Assembly (NCBI GenBank): GCA_963802675.1
Contig: CAWDJL010000008.1
Coordinates: 392,041-456,040, forward strand
Direction of reading: 5' to 3'
Length of the DNA: 64,000 nt
Source: an uncultured Acidobacteriota bacterium
GTDB lineage: Bacteria > Acidobacteriota > Vicinamibacteria > Vicinamibacterales > UBA2999
Part shown: positions 10,973 to 19,034 of the stretch, piece by piece
How positions within the stretch are numbered: position 1 is the first letter of the stretch
Layout of the letters: the number at the start of each line of letters is the position of its first letter
Notes under the pieces: generated by a model
What the model was told of the DNA's origin: nothing
The model's input: only the letters and a program-made list of their open reading frames with translations
Databases searched by the model: none
Position numbers and translations under genes: made by a program

Positions 10973-13210
10973 TCACAGCACGAGCCGCATCTGATCCAAT
11001 CGCTTTTTGTGCTGGGGCGACAACGCGTACAACCGGCGGATGAACGGGGTCAGGTAGTTGAACGGTGAAGCGCCATCTTCATACGCCTTCTCCTGATACT
11101 CCATCGCGCGTTCCTTCTCGCCCAGACCCGCATAGATGTACACGTAGCACTGTGGCGCAACATAGGTGTCGGGCCCCAAATGATTCAGCTCCTCAATGAG
11201 ACCGAGCGCTTCAGCCCGCATGCCAAACTCCCCATAGCAGTATCCGAGGAGCCCAAGATAGAAGGGGGTTCGCTGGCTGAGCGAAGCCGCTTGCTCCAAG
11301 TCTTGCAAAGCGGAGCCTGGCATGGCCTTGGCCAGGTAACAGAGCCCGCGAATCTGAACCGCGAACACATACGTCGGGTCGAATCGCAAGCACTCGCTGC
11401 ACAGTTCAATCGCCTCGTCGTAGCGGCCGCCGTTATACATCGTCTGGGCCCGTGCGCTAGCGACGAGCCGCGAGGATGGGGCGAGCGCGTGCCCGCGCTG
11501 CGCCTCGGCAAAGGCGGCATCTTCGCGACCCAGCAGCATCAGCAGCCACGAGTAATGCACGTGGGCGAGCGGGTTCTGAGCATCCAGCGCGATGCCGCGC
11601 CTGAACGCCTCTTCGGCGCCCTCCCAGTCCCAGTCGCCACCAAACTTGGCCAGCGCCACTTCCACGCAGGCAGCCCCGAGCGAGGGGTCGATCGCCAAGG
11701 CACGCTCCGCTGACCGGCGCGCGACGGCAAACGCCAGGTTGGGCTTTACCAGCGAATAGAAACCCAGGAAGTTGTAGGCGCTGGCAAGCGCCACGTGCGC
11801 CGGCGCGAACCCCGGGTCGCGGTCGATCGCATGTTGAAAGTGCTCGATCGCGGGGCGCCAGCCGCCGGCGAAGCACGACTTCCAGAGGTGCTGGCCTCGC
11901 TTGAACGCGTGGTAGGCCTCCGGATCCTGCGGATAGCGTTTCTCCTGTGGAAGGGCGAGCGCGTCGGCAACGCCTTCGCACACTTCCCGAGCAATCTCGT
12001 CCTGCGTGGTCAAGGGGTCGGCAGAGCCACGGTCAATCGTGAACGATGGCAGAGCCACCCTCTCGCGCGCGGCATCGACGACGCTGGCAGTGGCTCGCAC
12101 GCGGTCGACGGCAAGTTGCAGCGTTCCCTCAATGACGAGATCCACGCTCAACAGCCGGCCGATCTCTCGCACGGCATGGCCCTCTAAGGCTCGGATCGAG
12201 GTTCGCGGCGCGACTCTCAGATGTTCGAGCCGGCTCAAACGGCTCCCGATCTCCGCTGCCAGCCCGTCTCGCAGAGCGATCGCCCTCTCGTCAGCCGAGC
12301 CAATGATGTCGAACGGCAAAACCGCGATTGACCTCGCACCTTCGCGGACTTTCGCGCTGGGGCCGGTGGACCTGGTCCCGCGCCGCAGCGCGTCTAGCTC
12401 TGCGCGTAGCGTGTCGGCTGATTGGTACCGGTCCTGGGGATCCTTCGCCAGGAGCGTGTCGACAATCCGCGCCAGTTGTGGTGGATGGTGCGGCGCCAGC
12501 TGCCGCAATGGAATGTGCGGCTGGAGTTGGATGGCCGCCATGAGCGCGCTTCTCGGTTGGATGTCGAACGGACGGGCGCCGGTCGCCATTTGATAGAGCA
12601 CCACGCCGAGCGCATAGAGATCGCAGCGGTAATCGACACTTGCGTTTCGACATAGCTGCTCTGGGGACATGTAATGGAGCGTGCCGTGGACGACGCCCAG
12701 AGTTGTCATGTCCTCGGTCAGCCCGTCGGTTCCAGAAGCTGGAAAGTGCTTGGCCAGCCCGAAGTCGAGAAGCTTCACGAGCCCGTTGGCGCTGAGGAAA
12801 ATGTTGCCGGGGGTAATGTCCCGATGGATGATGCCTTGTTCGTGGGCCGCGCCCAGGGCGTCCGCAACCTGGCTGGTAATCTCGACCATCTCATCCAGCG
12901 ACACCGGACCTTGCAGCAAGCGCGCCTTGAGGCTGGCGCCCTCGAGCAGCTCCATGGCAATAAACGACTGCGATTCGTCGTCGTTGACATCCAGGATGGT
13001 GCAGATGTTGGGATGATTCAGCGACGAAGCGAGCCGCGCTTCGCGCTTGAACCGCATGATCGCGTCCCCATCTCTGGCGAGCTCTTCTTTGAGCACTTTG
13101 ATCGCCACGGATCGTGGCAGTCGAGTATCCTGTGCTTCATAGACCACGCCCATCCCACCGGTGCCGAGGGTTCGAATCACGTAGAAATGAGAGATTTGGC
13201 GGCCGATCAC
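10973..13210 (-). CDS. Ser/Thr protein kinase with a C-terminal TPR-like region
   Basis: Intact 745-aa ORF. GTGGMGVVYEAQD..AIKVLK, catalytic loop HRDITPGNIFL, and DFGLAK. The C-terminal ~350 aa are helical TPR-like repeats. Confidence 0.9.
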   Translation of the reverse strand: MIGRQISHFYVIRTLGTGGMGVVYEAQDTRLPRSVAIKVLKEELARDGDAIMRFKREARLASSLNHPNICTILDVNDDESQSFIAMELLEGASLKARLLQGPVSLDEMVEITSQVADALGAAHEQGIIHRDITPGNIFLSANGLVKLLDFGLAKHFPASGTDGLTEDMTTLGVVHGTLHYMSPEQLCRNASVDYRCDLYALGVVLYQMATGARPFDIQPRSALMAAIQLQPHIPLRQLAPHHPPQLARIVDTLLAKDPQDRYQSADTLRAELDALRRGTRSTGPSAKVREGARSIAVLPFDIIGSADERAIALRDGLAAEIGSRLSRLEHLRVAPRTSIRALEGHAVREIGRLLSVDLVIEGTLQLAVDRVRATASVVDAARERVALPSFTIDRGSADPLTTQDEIAREVCEGVADALALPQEKRYPQDPEAYHAFKRGQHLWKSCFAGGWRPAIEHFQHAIDRDPGFAPAHVALASAYNFLGFYSLVKPNLAFAVARRSAERALAIDPSLGAACVEVALAKFGGDWDWEGAEEAFRRGIALDAQNPLAHVHYSWLLMLLGREDAAFAEAQRGHALAPSSRLVASARAQTMYNGGRYDEAIELCSECLRFDPTYVFAVQIRGLCYLAKAMPGSALQDLEQAASLSQRTPFYLGLLGYCYGEFGMRAEALGLIEELNHLGPDTYVAPQCYVYIYAGLGEKERAMEYQEKAYEDGASPFNYLTPFIRRLYALSPQHKKRLDQMRLVL

Positions 13211-13275
13211 GCGGACACATTGTCTCGCGTCCGGATGCCAGACCCCGACAAAAACCGACGGCCGGTCCCCGCGAC

Positions 13276-13930
13276 GTGAAGACTCGGCTGGATCCGCCCG
13301 ACGCCGAGCAGCTGTCCAATTCCACTCTGTATGTTCTCGAGCGGGCGCAGGATGGCGACGAGCGCGCGGTCGAGATTCTCATCGAGCGGGCGCTGCCGCC
13401 GGTCCGCCGATGGGCACGGGGCCGTTTGCCACGATACGCTCGGGCCGACGCGAACACTGAAGACGTCGTTCAAGATGCTCTTCTGAGAACCCTCAGAGGG
13501 ATCAAACGTTTCCAACATCGAACAGTGGGAGGCCTCCAGGCCTACCTCCGGCAGGCCGTCGTCAACCGTGTGCGCGACCTGATTCGAGGGTCGCGGCGGC
13601 GCGGCCCTGCGGGCGAAGGTCTGGCGGAGCCAGCCGATTGGAGGCCATCTCCCCTCGAGGAGGTCATCACGCGGCAGCAACTTGACCTTTTTCTCGACGC
13701 TTTGAGCAGGCTTCGACCCGCGGACCGTCAGGTAATCGTATGGCGTATCGAACTGGGGTACACGGCCGACGAGATTGCGACGAAGCTGGGGAAGTCGACG
13801 GCTGCGGCTGGGATGACGATCACCCGGGCGATTGCGCGCCTGGCCAAAGAAATGAACATCGGCACAACGAGCCCTCCTGATCGCCGCGTTGGATCTACGC
13901 GTCGGAGTTGCGCCCCGACGTGTGAACTAA
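13276..13930 (+). CDS. ECF-type sigma-70 factor (3' end unresolved)
   Basis: Region 2 EDVVQDALLRTLRGIKRF. Region 4 HTH LGYTADEIATKLGKSTAAAGMTITRAIARLAKEM, ending near 13855. GTG 13276 is the first in-frame start after the divergent kinase gene. There is no in-frame stop until 14262, so the end coordinate is approximate. Confidence 0.7.
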
Positions 13931-15096
13931 AGCACCGCGACAGCCAGCAGCGTGGCGTCGTCCTGGAAGCCAGCGGTCGCAAACCGCGTGACCTCTTCCA
14001 TCACGGCGGCGTGCAATTCGGCTGCGCTCAGATGCCGATTTCGCAGCAGCGCCGCCGACAAGCGCTCCTCGCCAAACTCTTCGTCGTCGAGGCTTCGCGC
14101 TTCGGTGATGCCGTCGGTGTACAGGATGAGTCGATCGCTACTCTGCGAGTGGCAGTTCGGCTCTCGAGGTATTCGGCGTCAGGAAACACGCCGAGGACCA
14201 TGCCGGAGGACCCCAGAGGCGTGACCAGCCCGTTCCGGCGCGCGAGCAGCGGCGGATTGTGACCCGCATTGGCATACACGACGGTGCCGCGGGCCGCGTC
14301 GAGACGGAGATACGCCATCGTGACGAAACGGCCGGCGATCATTTGGCCGCACAGCAGTCGGTTGACGCTTGCGCACACGGCCGACGGCGGCGACGCATCG
14401 TGCGCAAACGCTCGGACTGCAGCCTGGAGGCTTGACATGAGAAGCGCGGCTGGCAGCCCTTTTCCAGCGACATCCGCGATCGAGAGGCCCATGACGTCCG
14501 GGGAAAGGCGAACGCGTCGTAGCAGTCGCCGCCCAGCGTTCCAGCGGGCTGCCAGGCTCCGACGACCTCGAACCGCTGGTGTCATCGGAAGCGTTGCTGG
14601 AATCAGCGCACGCTGAATCAACAAGCGCGTCCTGCGTGCTCGCGCGTGTGCTGCTCGCTGCGCTTCATGTACACCGCGCCCGTCGGCGATCTCGCGTTCG
14701 AGAATCTGGACGAGCTCGACGATTGTCCCAGGGTTTCTGCACGAAGCTTTGGGCGCCGGCTCTCATGGCTTCGACGGCCAGCTCGATGTTCCCCCATGCC
14801 GTCATGACCACAATCGGAAGATCGCGGTGCTCGGTGCGAAGTTGAGCGAGCAGCGCAAGCCCCTCCGCGCCGGAGGTCGTGTCCCTCGAGTAGTTGAGGT
14901 CCATGAGAACGACGTCCCATCTCGCGGCACGGACCTGATCGAGCACGGCTCCGGGAGAGGTCACGAGTTGCAGCGAAAAGTCGTGCTGCGACAGCAGCAG
15001 GCGGAGGGCCTCCAGCACGTCTGCCTGATCGTCGGCGATGAGGACGCGACCGGTGGCGTCGTTGGAAGTGAGTTCTTGAGTCAAACGCGTGCCCAA
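13927..15096 (-). pseudogene. response-regulator receiver + PP2C/SpoIIE phosphatase (RsbU-like), frame broken at least 4 times (about 14720, 14578, 14502, 14145)
   Basis: REC domain RVLIADDQADVLEAL...VVLMDLNY...VVMTAWG. By hand translation in shifting frames: VELVQILEREIADG, QRFEVVGAWQPAGTLGGDCYDAFAF, MGLSIADVAGKGLPAALLMS, DRLILYTDGITEA, and FQDDATLLAVAVL followed by the stop. Confidence 0.8.
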
Positions 15097-15401
15097 CCAT
15101 ACGCGATCAGACCCTTGGTCAGCGCAGACCGAGGCGAAGTTGAGGAAAAAGGCTGTGATGAGACGCGCGCTGACCTGTTAGGAATCCGCGCCACTGACGT
15201 TTACCTTAGAGATCTGCGAAGTGCCTGCGAACCCATCCAATGAACCACGCAGGTTGCGGCCCGTACTGCGCAAACGCTAGCTTTGGCGTATCGAAGCGAT
15301 AGCCGCATATGATCGGAGACAAACATGCCTCAGCGACGACGCCTTTGTCGGTCTCCTCTTCATCAGGGTCTGGCCGGATGTAATTCTCGGGTTCCGACAC
15401 A

Positions 15402-16199
15402 TTGGGGCTGCCCACCAGCAGATCACCGATTCCACCACCCACCGCACCAGCACCCCCGCCCGCAGTGGTGCTGACCCAGTTTCGTGAGCCAGCAACCGGG
15501 TTCTCGACAACTGACCTGCGCGACGTCCAGGAGCAGATCCTGCAGCTGAATTCGGCCGGCGAACTGATATGGACGGCTGACGGGACGCGCCTTCCGGGAT
15601 ATCGCGTCAGCGGCCTGTATTACATAGAAGGAAGGATTTGTCCCGAAGGTTGTGCGTTCGAAGTGCGGTTCGGCACCAAGGACGGCGAACAACGCGCGTA
15701 CCTGACGGTTGACTATGGACACGACAACCCTGGGACGCTAGTGGATGTCGAGGTCACGAGCGATGGCCTTCGCGTGACCAAGACTTCGGTCGTTCCGCCA
15801 GGAAGCCCAACGTTGACAGGAATCGTCAACGAACTGACCGCGACAGGCCGGGTGCCCATCGCGGGAGCTGTAGTCGCGCGTCCCGTCCGAGGCGGATGGC
15901 AGTCAACCAGGACGGGCGCTGACGGAAGCTATCGTCTGCCTGGCTTAATCGACGGCACCGCCACCGTCGAGGTGCATAAGGACGGATACGCAGTGACGCG
16001 TCAGACAGTGACAGTTGCCGGCGACACACGGTTCGACTTCGAAGTCACTCGGCAGTACGTGCGTGCGGCGGACTTCCGCCTGAAGGCGGAAGCCACGGAT
16101 ATCGCTCGCCACTCGTGGCTTCCGGCTTTAGCCGGAAGAGTAACGAACGATTCGAGTGCCAACCCATCAAGGCTCCGCGATAATGTCGACGGAAACTGA
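15402..16199 (+). CDS. hypothetical protein with a CarboxypepD_reg-like beta-sandwich; the 3' end reads through a REP element
   Basis: TTG start at 15402. GRVPIAGAVVAR..TGADGSYRLPGLIDGTATVEVHKDGYAVTRQTVTVAGDTRFDFEV. The last 42 codons (16073 onward) are REP sequence (FRLKAEAT...WLPALAGR). Confidence 0.55.
   Translation: MGLPTSRSPIPPPTAPAPPPAVVLTQFREPATGFSTTDLRDVQEQILQLNSAGELIWTADGTRLPGYRVSGLYYIEGRICPEGCAFEVRFGTKDGEQRAYLTVDYGHDNPGTLVDVEVTSDGLRVTKTSVVPPGSPTLTGIVNELTATGRVPIAGAVVARPVRGGWQSTRTGADGSYRLPGLIDGTATVEVHKDGYAVTRQTVTVAGDTRFDFEVTRQYVRAADFRLKAEATDIARHSWLPALAGRVTNDSSANPSRLRDNVDGN
16073..16138 (+). repeat. bipartite double-hairpin REP-like element, copy 2
   Basis: cttccgcctgaaggcggaag-ccacg-N16-cgtgg-cttccggctttagccggaag. 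Confidence 0.9.
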
Positions 16200-16207
16200 G
16201 GTCCGCC

Positions 16208-16582
16208 ATGACGCAGCCTTCCTCCAAGCTCCAAATCGACGTTCGCCAGGTTGAGGACATCACGGTCATGACCCTTCGGGGAGAAATCACCGCCGACGAT
16301 GGGGACCTTGAATTGGGGAGGGGCGTCGACGAACTGATCAAGAAGGGTCAAGTGAAGATCGTCCTCAACCTTGCCGACGTCACCTACATCGACAGCTCCG
16401 GCGTGGGCATGATGGTCGCGGAGTCGAAAGCCGTGTACGGGCAGGGTGGCGTGATGAAGCTGGCCCATCTCACCGCTCGCAGCCACCATTTGATGGCTAT
16501 GCTGAAGCTCAAGCTCGTCTTCGAGATCTTCGACGACGAAGCGTCTGCGCTTCGAAGTTTCGTCTGGGGCGCGCGACGGTGA
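16208..16582 (+). CDS. STAS-domain anti-sigma-factor antagonist (SpoIIAA/RsbV-like)
   Basis: 124-aa ORF with KIVLNLADVTYIDSSGVGMMV (phosphorylatable Ser motif DSSG). A REC-PP2C phosphatase gene lies nearby. Confidence 0.85.
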   Translation: MTQPSSKLQIDVRQVEDITVMTLRGEITADDGDLELGRGVDELIKKGQVKIVLNLADVTYIDSSGVGMMVAESKAVYGQGGVMKLAHLTARSHHLMAMLKLKLVFEIFDDEASALRSFVWGARR

Positions 16583-16611
16583 ATCTGCCGGGACGTTACG
16601 TCGGGTTCTCG

Positions 16612-18249
16612 CTACTTTCCTCTTCTCGCTGACTTCTTTTTCCGCACCTTCCTTTTCAGGGCTTTATCAACGGCCGCTTCGGCATTGACCCGACCGTAGC
16701 CATATTCCAGGCTGTATCCCCTGGCATACCCGCCGTTGGCGGTGTCGATTTTCTCGGCCGTCGAGGTCAGAATATGGCGCACGTCTTTCCACGTGAGTGA
16801 GCGATTCGCCGATAAGGTCAGCGCTGCGATACCTGCCGCAAGCGGCGTCGCCGCCGAAGTCCCGCTGAAGTCGTCACAGTAAGCGCCGCTCGAGTAGCCT
16901 TTGCCCCGCAGATTCACGTCAGTGGTAGTAATGCCGGGACGATGATCGTCGCTGCTCGGCGCGACCAGGGTGAGGCCGGGGCCGTAGTTGCTGTAGCGCG
17001 AGCGCCGACCTCGATCGTTGCAGGCGCCCACCGCGATGACGGCTTCATCACTGGCAGGAAAACTGATGCGCGACGCTTTCTCGTTGCCGGAGGCCACACA
17101 GACAACCGACCCTTTACCGCGGCGGCCGCGTGTCACAGCGAAGTCCAGTGCGCTCTCGATATCGGGATGACGGGCCACCTGCCAACTGCAAGACAGCACA
17201 TCCGCCTGCTGCGCCGCGTAGCGGATGGCATCGGCGATGCGATCGTTCGGCGCCAGCCCCGGGCCCGCGAGAATCTTGACCGCCATCAGTTGACAGTTCC
17301 ACGCGATGCCGGCGACGCCACGGCTGTTGTTGCCAACCGCGGCTGCTACACCAGCGCACGGCGTGCCGTGAATATCGTTGGTGTCGGTGTCATCGAACGG
17401 GGGACTGAAAATCTTCGGTCGCGGGTTGTACCGATCGGAATCGTCGAAAAAATCACGGCCATGGCGGTCCCGCGCGCCGCGTCGCGGATTGGTCCAGATG
17501 TTCGCCTTGAGATCGGGATGATCGATATCGATCCCATCGTCAATAATTGCGATCACGATCTGGCGAGCGCCTCCGCCGACGAGGTTCCAGGCGCCAAGGG
17601 CTCGAACGTCCTGCAACGCGATCCCACCATTCTGCCCGGTGTTGTCCAGGTGCCACTGCTGAGCAAACTGTGGATCGTTGACCTTCCGTTTCCGGACCTC
17701 GGCCAGGAAGTTCGGCGCGGCGAAGTCGATGACGTCCTCGGCCTCGGCGAGTCGATTGGCCAGGTCCAGGGTCCGTGACGCGCGACGCACCGACGTCGCC
17801 GCCAGAATGTGACGCCGAGGATCGAACTCACTCTTTCCGACCACTGCGAGATCCAACCCGTTGAGCAACTTTCGCCGCGTCGCGCTCGTCGCCTTGGCCT
17901 TGAACGTCACGAGAATCTGATCGGTCGCCACGAGCGTCAGCTTCGACTCCCGTTCGACGAACACGGGCATCGTCCGTACCACGCGCGACGCCAGCCAGTG
18001 CGGTAGCGCGTTGACGATGGTCTCGACCGGCGCAGCGCTGGCGCCATTTTCATGGAACAACATGAAGCGGCCAAAGCGGCGGACGAGCGGCGCGCCGCGC
18101 TTGGCCGCCTTCTGCGGCGACGGTGTCAAGGCGCGTTGTGCGGTCCGGGCGACGGTCGGCCCGTCCTCGCGCCCGAAGCGGACACCGACCGCGTCGGTCG
18201 CTTCGTCCAACTGAATCCGCGTGCGCGATCGATCAAAGTAGTGAGGCAT
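16612..18249 (-). CDS. S8 subtilisin-family serine peptidase, leaderless, with a ~185-aa N-terminal pro-region
   Basis: Catalytic triad contexts IAIIDDGIDIDH (Asp), DIHGTPCAG (His) and FSGTSAATPLAAG (Ser). No signal peptide (MPHYFDRSRTRIQLDE). Lys-rich C-tail. Confidence 0.9.
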   Translation of the reverse strand: MPHYFDRSRTRIQLDEATDAVGVRFGREDGPTVARTAQRALTPSPQKAAKRGAPLVRRFGRFMLFHENGASAAPVETIVNALPHWLASRVVRTMPVFVERESKLTLVATDQILVTFKAKATSATRRKLLNGLDLAVVGKSEFDPRRHILAATSVRRASRTLDLANRLAEAEDVIDFAAPNFLAEVRKRKVNDPQFAQQWHLDNTGQNGGIALQDVRALGAWNLVGGGARQIVIAIIDDGIDIDHPDLKANIWTNPRRGARDRHGRDFFDDSDRYNPRPKIFSPPFDDTDTNDIHGTPCAGVAAAVGNNSRGVAGIAWNCQLMAVKILAGPGLAPNDRIADAIRYAAQQADVLSCSWQVARHPDIESALDFAVTRGRRGKGSVVCVASGNEKASRISFPASDEAVIAVGACNDRGRRSRYSNYGPGLTLVAPSSDDHRPGITTTDVNLRGKGYSSGAYCDDFSGTSAATPLAAGIAALTLSANRSLTWKDVRHILTSTAEKIDTANGGYARGYSLEYGYGRVNAEAAVDKALKRKVRKKKSARRGK

Positions 18250-18332
18250 GACGATCTTGAACGTACGACGTTAGCCACGACCAGCCTTCGCCAAGGCTAC
18301 GGCGGTCCGCCGGAGCTTAGCGTAGGCGGAAG

Positions 18333-18460
18333 GGCACGAAGCCACGAAGAAACTCTCAAAAGTCTTCGTGTTCTTCGTGCCTTCGTGGCCGACTTCGTTT
18401 CCGTGTTTCCGTACTTCCGCCTGAAGGCGGAAGCCACGCGTAGTGCTTCCGTGTTTCCGT
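18333..18460. repeat. degenerate REP copy 3 with expanded arms
   Basis: Hairpin ggcacgaag/cacgaaga (18333..18350) against tcttcgtg/cttcgtgcc (18363..18382). Alpha hairpin cttccgcctgaaggcggaag-ccacg at 18414..18438. The hairpin is flanked by a perfect 14-nt direct repeat ttccgtgtttccgt (18399..18412 and 18447..18460). Confidence 0.85.
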
Positions 18461-18462
18461 GT

Positions 18463-18975
18463 CTACTTCTTGAAGTCGGTCAGAAAATTCGGACTGGCAA
18501 ACTCGACCTTGTCGCAACGATCGAGTGACCGCGCGACATCGAGCGTATTGGTGCCCGACGGATCCGGCACCTTGACAATGTATTGGGTAGGTTCGTAGGC
18601 GTTTTGCTTGCCGATTTCCAGACCGTGCTCGGCCTTGAGCGAGGCCAGGGTCTGGCGTTGCGGCGCACTGCGTTTCAGGCGCACCACAATCTCGTCGGTC
18701 AGCACCTGACGCGTGCCGCTTTCGGCAGCGCGCAGCACGGCGGTTGCGAAGTCGATCGCGCCCCGCTCTCGCAGTTTGGCCAACACCGAATCCACGTCCC
18801 GCGGCGAGACGCCAGGGGATCGGTGCAGGATGATCATGCACACCGTGCGCTGATCCTCCAGGGTGCCAAGCGCTGAGAGAGCCGTCGAGACCTCTCGCTC
18901 CTTGCCCTTGCGATAGCGCACCGCGACCTGCTTGGGAATCGTCTTGAGCTTGGTGGCAACCTTGGTTCGAACCAT
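18463..18975 (-). CDS. free-standing paralogue of the S8 peptidase N-terminal pro-region (170 aa)
   Basis: By eye it aligns over its whole length to residues ~20-185 of the 16612..18249 protein. Examples: TDEIVVRLK vs TDQILVTFK, and LDVARSLDRCDKVEFASPNFLTDFKK vs LDLANRLAEAEDVIDFAAPNFLAEVRK. It has no catalytic domain. Confidence 0.7.
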   Translation of the reverse strand: MVRTKVATKLKTIPKQVAVRYRKGKEREVSTALSALGTLEDQRTVCMIILHRSPGVSPRDVDSVLAKLRERGAIDFATAVLRAAESGTRQVLTDEIVVRLKRSAPQRQTLASLKAEHGLEIGKQNAYEPTQYIVKVPDPSGTNTLDVARSLDRCDKVEFASPNFLTDFKK

Positions 18976-19034
18976 CGCAGCGGAACGGTCTCGTGTGAAG
19001 ACGTTTAGTATAGCGGAGCGGCGGCCTCATCCCG

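Noticed and set aside
13930-14262. A C-terminal extension of ~110 aa on the ECF sigma factor (the ORF is open to 14262).
   Set aside because: The extension is encoded antisense to the conserved PP2C catalytic domain and has no features of its own. More likely the true stop is hidden by an indel near 13860..13930.
15206-15442. A 78-aa minus-strand ORF and a lipobox-like LAGC in the 300-nt spacer upstream of 15402.
   Set aside because: The candidate signal (MPQRRRLCRSPLHQGLAGC) has no hydrophobic core. The ORFs overlap in different frames and the region may contain further indels, so it cannot be resolved from sequence alone.
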